The notes beneath the pieces were generated by a model. It saw only the letters and a list, made by a program, of their open reading frames with translations. It ran no database searches and was not told the DNA's origin. A stretch of 64,000 nucleotides of DNA from Hyalangium minutum (GTDB taxonomy: Bacteria > Myxococcota > Myxococcia > Myxococcales > Myxococcaceae), in contig NZ_JMCB01000003.1 in NCBI RefSeq assembly GCF_000737315.1, positions 62,001-126,000 of the forward strand, given 5' to 3'. Of the stretch, positions 56,552 through 64,000 are shown piece by piece. Both the position numbers and the translations under genes were made by a program. The first letter of the stretch is position 1; each line of letters opens with the position of its first letter.

Positions 56552-58107
56552 CGTGCACCCTCGGCAGTGAGAGACGGGGAAGGGGAAGTGACAGGGGGAG
56601 GAACGGGGGAGGGAGTGGCTGCGCTGGTGCTCTTGCGCCGCCAGATGTCTTCGAGCGGCTCCATGTACACATGGCCGCCCGTCTTACGGTGCGTCTCGGA
56701 CCAGCTCTCGAGCGCCTCGTAACCGGAGTGGTCCAGCGTCTCCACGGCCAGATCCAACTCGACCTTGGCGCCCATGGGGACCTGGGCCAGCGCAGCGGAC
56801 AGCTTGGGCACGCCCACGAACGTGAGGGCTCCGCCCACGCGCACCTGGTGCACGTCACCTTCCTGCTTCACGTGCACCTGCACCTTGCCCAGCTGCCACA
56901 GCAGCCGGCCCACGGCCAGCGCCAGGCCCATGGCGATGCCCGCCAGCAGGTTGACGCCCACCACGCCGGCCACCGTCACCACGTACACGGACAGCTCGCC
57001 GCGGCGGCGCAGCTCCTGGATGTGGTGCGTGTTCACCAGCTTCACACCCACGAAGACGAGCAGGCCCGCCAGCACGGTGAGAGGCACCAGCTTCAGCAGC
57101 GCGGCCAGCATCGTGACGAAGAGCAGCATCCACACGCCGTGCAGCACGGCCGAGGTGCGCGTCTTGGCGCCCGCGGCGATGTTGGCCGCGCTGCGGACGA
57201 TGACGCCCGTGATGGGCAGGCCGCCCGCGAGGCCGGACACGGTGTTGGCCAGGCCCTGCGCGAACAGCTCCTTGTCCAGGTTGGCGCGCGGGCCCGTGTG
57301 CATCTTGTCCGTGGCCACCGCGCTCAGCAGGGACTCGGCGCTGGCCACCAGCGCCAGCGAGAGCGCCGCGACCACGAAGGCGCCCCACTGGTTCTGGGGC
57401 AGCTGGGGCAGCTGCAGGCTGCTGAAGAAGTCACCGGCCAGCTCCACGCGCTTCACGTTGGCGCCCCACAGCGCCGCCACCGCCGAAGCGCCCACCACCG
57501 CCACCAGCGGCCCGGGGATCTGCTTGAGCCGGCTCTTGGGCATCACCTGCCACAGCACCAGCAGGCCGATGGTGAGCAGGCCCAAGATCGTCGCGGGGCC
57601 GTGCAGATCCGCGATCTGCCCAGGCAGCTCCTTGATGTTCTGCCACGCGTTGGACTGGGGCGAGCCGCCCAGCACGATGTGCAGCTGGCCCAGAACGATC
57701 AGGATGCCGATGCCCGCCAGCATTCCGTGGATCACCGCCGGGGAGATGGCCAGCGCGGTGCGCGCCACCTTCAGGCTGCCCATCGCCATCTGCACCATGC
57801 CCGCAGCGGCCACCGCGGCACAGGTGACGGCGAAGCCCATCTCGTTGATGAAGCCGAACACCATCACCGCGAGGCCCGCAGCCGGGCCGCTCACCAGCAG
57901 GGGCGCGCCGCCGAGCAGGCCGACCACCAGCCCGCCGACCACGCCAGCGATGAGGCCGGACATGATGGGCGCGCCCGACGCCAGCGAGATGCCCATGCAC
58001 AGCGGTACGGCGACCAGGAAGACGACCAGGGAGGCCGGCACATCACTGGCCAGGACACTTCGGATCGAGCCGGCCGTACCGGCTCCCTCCACGCCAGACT
58101 TCGTCAC
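56548..58107 (-). CDS. SulP/SLC26 family anion (bicarbonate) transporter
   Basis: VAVPLCMGISLASG, GPAAGL, GGLPITGVIVRSAAN, reduced STAS. Its stop overlaps the CA start. Confidence 0.93.
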   Translation of the reverse strand: MTKSGVEGAGTAGSIRSVLASDVPASLVVFLVAVPLCMGISLASGAPIMSGLIAGVVGGLVVGLLGGAPLLVSGPAAGLAVMVFGFINEMGFAVTCAAVAAAGMVQMAMGSLKVARTALAISPAVIHGMLAGIGILIVLGQLHIVLGGSPQSNAWQNIKELPGQIADLHGPATILGLLTIGLLVLWQVMPKSRLKQIPGPLVAVVGASAVAALWGANVKRVELAGDFFSSLQLPQLPQNQWGAFVVAALSLALVASAESLLSAVATDKMHTGPRANLDKELFAQGLANTVSGLAGGLPITGVIVRSAANIAAGAKTRTSAVLHGVWMLLFVTMLAALLKLVPLTVLAGLLVFVGVKLVNTHHIQELRRRGELSVYVVTVAGVVGVNLLAGIAMGLALAVGRLLWQLGKVQVHVKQEGDVHQVRVGGALTFVGVPKLSAALAQVPMGAKVELDLAVETLDHSGYEALESWSETHRKTGGHVYMEPLEDIWRRKSTSAATPSPVPPPVTSPSPSLTAEGAR

Positions 58108-58179
58108 GTTGAGTGCCTCCAGAAGAGCAAGGCGCCGCTCCCTCGGGGACAGGGGAACGGCGCGGTTTACGCTTCCTCA

Positions 58180-58195
58180 GGCAAAGCACGTGCCA
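58180..58195 (-). promoter_or_regulatory. sigma54 promoter of sulP-CA
   Basis: Minus strand TGGCACGTGCTTTGCC, a consensus match. Confidence 0.85.
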
Positions 58196-58254
58196 GGGGT
58201 TAACCCATTGACTTCACTTGGAGAATTTCGGTGAATGAAAGAACAGATTAAAGA

Positions 58255-58287
58255 ATTTTAAAGTGCCGCTCATCGCGGGTTTAAAAT
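58255..58287. promoter_or_regulatory. Candidate EBP upstream activating site
   Basis: ATTTTAAA-N17-TTTAAAAT in a strongly AT-rich tract 60-95 nt upstream of the -24 box. Confidence 0.5.
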
Positions 58288-58349
58288 CCTTGAACTCCGG
58301 AGAGACCTGCCAGGCAGGCGGGCGGTCGCAGGGCGGATGACGCGCTGGG

Positions 58350-59689
<1,340 letters not shown>

Positions 59690-59693
<4 letters not shown>

Positions 59694-61372
59694 GCGGCGC
59701 TCTCCAAGGGTAGCCGAAGGCTGAAGCGGCTGCCCTCGGGCAGACGAGTATAGGTGAGGCTGCCGCCGTGAGCCTCCACGGCGGTTCGCGCCATGGGCAG
59801 CCCCAGGCCAATGCCCTTGGCGCGCGCGGTGGCGAAGGGCTCCCACAGGCGCGGCTCCAGCTTCGGATCCACACCGCCCGCGTTGTCCTCCACCAGCAGG
59901 ACGGCCTCGGCGCCCTCGCGAGCGAGGCTCACCTGCACCCAGGGGGCGGGACGCAGGCCCGTGTCCCGGGCCACCGCACCGGCCTCTACCGCGTTGCGTA
60001 AAAGGTTGTCGATGGCGGCCACCAGCAGGGCCGGATCCACGTGCACGGTGAGGCCCTCCGCCATCGTTACGCCGATGCGGACGTCCTCGGCCTCGGGCAG
60101 CAGGCGCAAGGACTGCAAGGCTTCATCCACCAGCAGTCTCAGATCGCAGGGCCGGCGCAGCATGGGCCGAGGCTCGCCGAAGGACAGCAGCGAGCGCGCC
60201 AGGTGGCCCAGCCGCTGCACCTGGGCGCGCAAGGCCGGCAGGGCCACCTCGCCGCTGGAGGAGGCGGGCCGCAGCAGCGAGAGGGCGGCCTGGATGCCAT
60301 TGAGGGCGTTCTTCACCTCGTGGGCGATGAGCTGGCTGGCGGAGCCCAGCGCGGCCATTGTCTCCTGGTGCCGGAGCCGCTCTTCCGCCCGGAGCAGTGA
60401 GCGGTACGAGCGCCGCAGCAGGAAGACGAAGACGATCAGGGTGCTGATCAGCAAGGCGCTGTGCAAGATGAGCTGGCTGAGGAAGCGGTACCTCAGGGGC
60501 GCGACGTTGTGCTCCTCGTTCTCCAGCACGGCCAGCAGCATGCCGCTCACGCCCGCGGGCACGGGCACGGGGGCCGCCGCGCCCAGCATGGCGGTGTCTG
60601 CCAAGGTGATGCGCCCGGGCGCGTGCACCAGGGCGATCAGGTCCGAGGCGAGCTGGGTGGTCCACCGGAGGTTCTGCGGGGGCATGGGCAGCAGGAGCTT
60701 TCCGTTCAGGCTCACCAGCAGCGTGAGATCCGTGCCCTTCGCGCTGACGCCCGGGAGCGGCTTCGCTCCGGCGCGAAGCTCACCCACGAGCATGCCCACC
60801 ACCTGCCGTCCGCCGCGCACCACGGGCACCGCCACCACCAGAGGCCCGTCCTCTCGCTCCAGCAGGTTGATGTCCGAGACCCCCTCCCTCTGCACGCGGC
60901 GGAACCAGGGGCGGGTGGTCACGGGAGATTCGCCCAGCGCCATCGCGGGGGGATCGCTCCACACGCGGCGTCCCGAGGCGCTCAGGAGGACGACGCCCTC
61001 GGAGAAGAGGTGGGTGTGGTGCAGGGCGTTGTCCAGCACGGTGACCTCGGGGCCTGCGGGACCATCCTCGAGGATGAGCTTGGGGTGCTGGGCCAGCCGT
61101 TGGAGCTCGGCCTCGAGCAGCTGGAGGTGCACGCCCAGGGCCTCGGCCTGCACCTGGGCCTGGACGGACAAGTGGGCAAGCGCCTCTTCGCGAGCGTTCT
61201 CCAGCTCCTCCCGGTAGGCGAGCAAGGGGCTGGTCAGCGCCACCAGGCCGAGCAGTGCCAGGCCGAACAGGGCCGAGCGGCCCGCACGCCGCTGCGTCCG
61301 GGCGAAGTCCTGGAGGGCCGGCGCGGAGGGAGGCCCCGGAAGGGAAGGGGGCTGGGGGACGGAGGGCTTCAT
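59690..61372 (-). CDS. Membrane sensor histidine kinase (Cache-like periplasmic domain)
   Basis: Two TMs, AHEVKNALN H-box, NLLRNA, DNAGG, GIGLGL. Confidence 0.92.
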
Positions 61373-61513
61373 GGGGCAGAGGGAGAGGCCAGGCGTGGCC
61401 TCAGGGCTTGAAGTGCCTGGGGCAGAGTTCCTCGGGTGGGGCAAGCTGCCTCGTGTGGCTGCCCGCGAGTGCATCGCCTCAGCTCTGAAGCGGCGCTGGC
61501 ATGTCCTGTGCTC

Positions 61514-61987
61514 ATGAGTGCCGGCATGTTACGGCAATGGAGTGCGAAGCCATCGCTGAAGTTCACCTCGTCGCACAAGGAGCCAGAAGAGGGGCTTGAG
61601 CCTCCCTTGCGGATCCTGGTGGCCGATGACCAGCCTGAGATGCGCAGACTCATTCGGGGTGCGCTCGTTCGGGACGGGTACGAGGTGGTCGAGGTGGCGA
61701 ACGGCCCTGCCCTCATCCACGCGCTCATCTCCGGGCTGCTGGAGGAGCAGACCCGCGCGCCCGACCTCATCATTACAGACGTCCGGATGCCGGGCATGAC
61801 AGGACTGGAGGTGCTGGCCCGCCTCCGCCGGGAGGCCTGGTCCATTCCCTTCATCCTCATCACCGCCTTTGGGGATGAAGCGCTGCACAGGGAGGCGGAG
61901 CGCTTGGGGGCTGCACGTGTCCTCGACAAGCCATTCGAGCTGGCGGAGCTACGGGCCGCCGTGCGCAGGGTCCTCAAGCCTCACTGA
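61514..61987 (+). CDS. Single-domain response regulator
   Basis: ILVADD, TDVRMP, ITAF, DKPF. Start uncertain (61514 or 61526). Confidence 0.88.
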   Translation: MSAGMLRQWSAKPSLKFTSSHKEPEEGLEPPLRILVADDQPEMRRLIRGALVRDGYEVVEVANGPALIHALISGLLEEQTRAPDLIITDVRMPGMTGLEVLARLRREAWSIPFILITAFGDEALHREAERLGAARVLDKPFELAELRAAVRRVLKPH

Positions 61988-62008
61988 AGCCTGGCCAGGA
62001 GGTGTCCC

Positions 62009-64000
62009 ATGTCTCAGGCAAGCACGCTGGCTCCCGCTCCCCTGGCGCCCGCCCCCTCAGTGCCGCCCTCCCCACGCCGGGGCCTCGGACAGCGGCTGAT
62101 GCGGTGGTGGGAGCGGGCGCGTCAGGGGCCTTGGGGCAAGGTGGGCCGAGCCCTGCTCGTCCTGTTGCCGCTGATCCTGATGGCGGCGGCGGGCCGGACG
62201 CTGGCGAAGGAGCTGGCTCAGCTCCGCTGGGAGCAGGTCGCGCTGGCGATGTCTGCCCTTCCGGGCTGGCGCGTGGGATTGGCCATGCTCGCCACCGCTG
62301 GCAGCTACCTCGCGCTCACCTTATATGACGTGTTGGCGCTCCAGTACGTGGGCCGTCGACTGCCCTACCGGCGCGTCGGCCGCATCTCCTTCACCGCCTG
62401 CGCTCTGGGGCACAGCATTGGCCTGTCGGTGCTCGGCAGCGGCTCGGTACGCCTGCGCCTCTACACGGATCAGGGGCTGTCCGTCGTCGAGGTGGCGCGC
62501 ATCGCCGCCTTCACCTCGGCGACGTTCTGGACGGGCCTCCTGTTGGCCGGTGGGTTGTGCGTGGCGGTGTCTCCCGAGGCGCTCGCTTTTCTGCAAGTGT
62601 CCTCCGGAACCGTGCGCGCCGTAGGAGTGGGGCTGCTGCTGCTCGTGGGGGGCTATGTCTGGGTCTGTGCCCTCGCTCACCGGAGGGCGGGCGCCCCGGG
62701 CCTGCGCTCGCACCTGCCTCGGCCGTCCTTGGCGGTGAGGCAGGCGCTGGTCTCCAGCATGGACTGGATGATGGCGGCGCTCGTCCTCTACCTGCTGCTG
62801 CCTGCGGAGTCGGGGCTGTCCCTGCCAGGCGTGGTGGCCCTCTTCGCCGCCGCGCAGTCGCTGGGGATTCTCAGCCAGGTTCCCGGCGGCCTGGGCGTGT
62901 TCGAGTTCGTCATGGTCACCGCGCTCGCACCTCGGGTGCCCATGCCCGCGGTGCTCGGGGTGCTCGTCGTCTACCGCATGCTCTACTATGTGCTGCCGCT
63001 GGTGCTGGCCCTGGCACTGCTGGGGAATCACGAGCTCTCGCACCGGCGCGCGGAGTTCCGGCAGCTGTTGAACGGCGTGAGGGCCACGCTGGCGCCGCTC
63101 ATGCCTCCGCTGGCCGCGGCCGCGTGCTTCGTGGCGGGCGCGGTGCTCCTCTTCTCCGGTGTCACTCCGGCCGTACCCTCGCGGCTGGAGTTCCTCAGCC
63201 ACTTCGTGCCGCTGCCGCTGCTGGAGCTCTCACACCTGCTTGGGAGCCTCACGGGCATGGCCCTGCTGCTGCTGGCGCTGGGCCTCAAGCGTCAGCTGGA
63301 TGGGGCCTTCGTGTTGGTGCTCGGGCTGCTGCTGGCGGGCGGCGTGCTGTCCCTGCTCAAGGGAGGGGATTATGAGGAGGCAACGCTGCTCTTCACCACC
63401 GCGCTGGTGCTGACACCGTTCCGCTCCCGCTTCTACCGGCACGCCTCGTTGTTCGCCCAGCGCCTCAGTGTCTCCTGGCTGCTGGCGGTGCTCGCCGTGG
63501 TAGGGGCCTCGGTGGGGTTGGGCTTCTTCTCCTACCGGCACGTGGACTACAGCCACGAGCTCTGGTGGCAGTTCACCCTGGAGGGCGATGCGCCCCGCTT
63601 CCTTCGCGCCCTGGTGGGCATGCTGAGCCTGTCGCTGTTCTTTGGCATCGCCACGCTGCTGCAGCCCGCCGCCGCGCGCCCGCGCCTGCCGGGCGCCGTG
63701 GAGCTGGCCGTGGCCCGTCCCCTGGTGGCGCACGCCCCCGAGTCCTCCGCGCACCTGGCGCTGGTGGGAGACAAGGCGCTGCTCTTCAACGACACGCGCA
63801 CCTCCTTCCTCATGTACGGCGTGGCGGGGCGCAGCTGGGTGTCCATGGGCGATCCGGTGGGGCCGCCGGACGAGGCCACGGAGCTGGCGTGGCGCTTCCA
63901 CGAGCTGGCGGATCGGCACCACGGGTGGACCTGCTTCTACCAGGTGGGGCCCTCGGCGCTGCCGCGCTACCTGGACATGGGGCTGGCGCTGCTGAAGCTG
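62009..64000 (+). CDS. mprF: Bifunctional aminoacyl-phosphatidylglycerol flippase/synthase MprF, partial
   Basis: AGGAGG RBS and ATG 62009. YLALTLYD..AL, GSGSVRLRLY and WVSMGDPVG...CFYQV motifs. Runs off the window. Confidence 0.93.
   Translation, partial: MSQASTLAPAPLAPAPSVPPSPRRGLGQRLMRWWERARQGPWGKVGRALLVLLPLILMAAAGRTLAKELAQLRWEQVALAMSALPGWRVGLAMLATAGSYLALTLYDVLALQYVGRRLPYRRVGRISFTACALGHSIGLSVLGSGSVRLRLYTDQGLSVVEVARIAAFTSATFWTGLLLAGGLCVAVSPEALAFLQVSSGTVRAVGVGLLLLVGGYVWVCALAHRRAGAPGLRSHLPRPSLAVRQALVSSMDWMMAALVLYLLLPAESGLSLPGVVALFAAAQSLGILSQVPGGLGVFEFVMVTALAPRVPMPAVLGVLVVYRMLYYVLPLVLALALLGNHELSHRRAEFRQLLNGVRATLAPLMPPLAAAACFVAGAVLLFSGVTPAVPSRLEFLSHFVPLPLLELSHLLGSLTGMALLLLALGLKRQLDGAFVLVLGLLLAGGVLSLLKGGDYEEATLLFTTALVLTPFRSRFYRHASLFAQRLSVSWLLAVLAVVGASVGLGFFSYRHVDYSHELWWQFTLEGDAPRFLRALVGMLSLSLFFGIATLLQPAAARPRLPGAVELAVARPLVAHAPESSAHLALVGDKALLFNDTRTSFLMYGVAGRSWVSMGDPVGPPDEATELAWRFHELADRHHGWTCFYQVGPSALPRYLDMGLALLKL

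Overview
High-GC myxobacterial window (Cystobacterineae/Archangiaceae-like). It has no tRNA, rRNA, CRISPR array or transposase that I could support. Positions 0-28 kb form a sporulation-type neighbourhood: a HEAT/HD-GYP pair, an RpoH-family (SigB-like) sigma factor, a MoxR-DUF58-transglutaminase triad, a STAS protein, a lytic transglycosylase, a small metal-related operon, an orphan rplC and a contiguous nfsA-H-like operon. Five of these units carry candidate sigma54 promoters. A lipoprotein/TPR cassette sits after rplC, flanked by duplicated terminator-like repeats. An accessory block (heme-c/Cu monooxygenase, amt, SGNH lipoprotein, membrane protein, Uma2) separates nfsH from a core block (typA, hydrolase, PocR-type EBP, CDF, aldolase-like protein, rsmD, coaD, aminotransferase). 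From 43 kb the content is accessory. The most striking item is two R-body (Reb) genes directly upstream of, and co-oriented with, a transglutaminase-DUF2126 amidoligase and a GATase-II/transglutaminase fusion, a candidate R-body modification system. It is followed by a LysR-controlled ACAD10/11-like catabolic operon, an HK-EBP-sigma54-SulP-carbonic anhydrase module, a response regulator and a partial mprF. Family assignments come from motif recognition without database searches. Orthology and synteny statements about M. xanthus are from memory and unverified.
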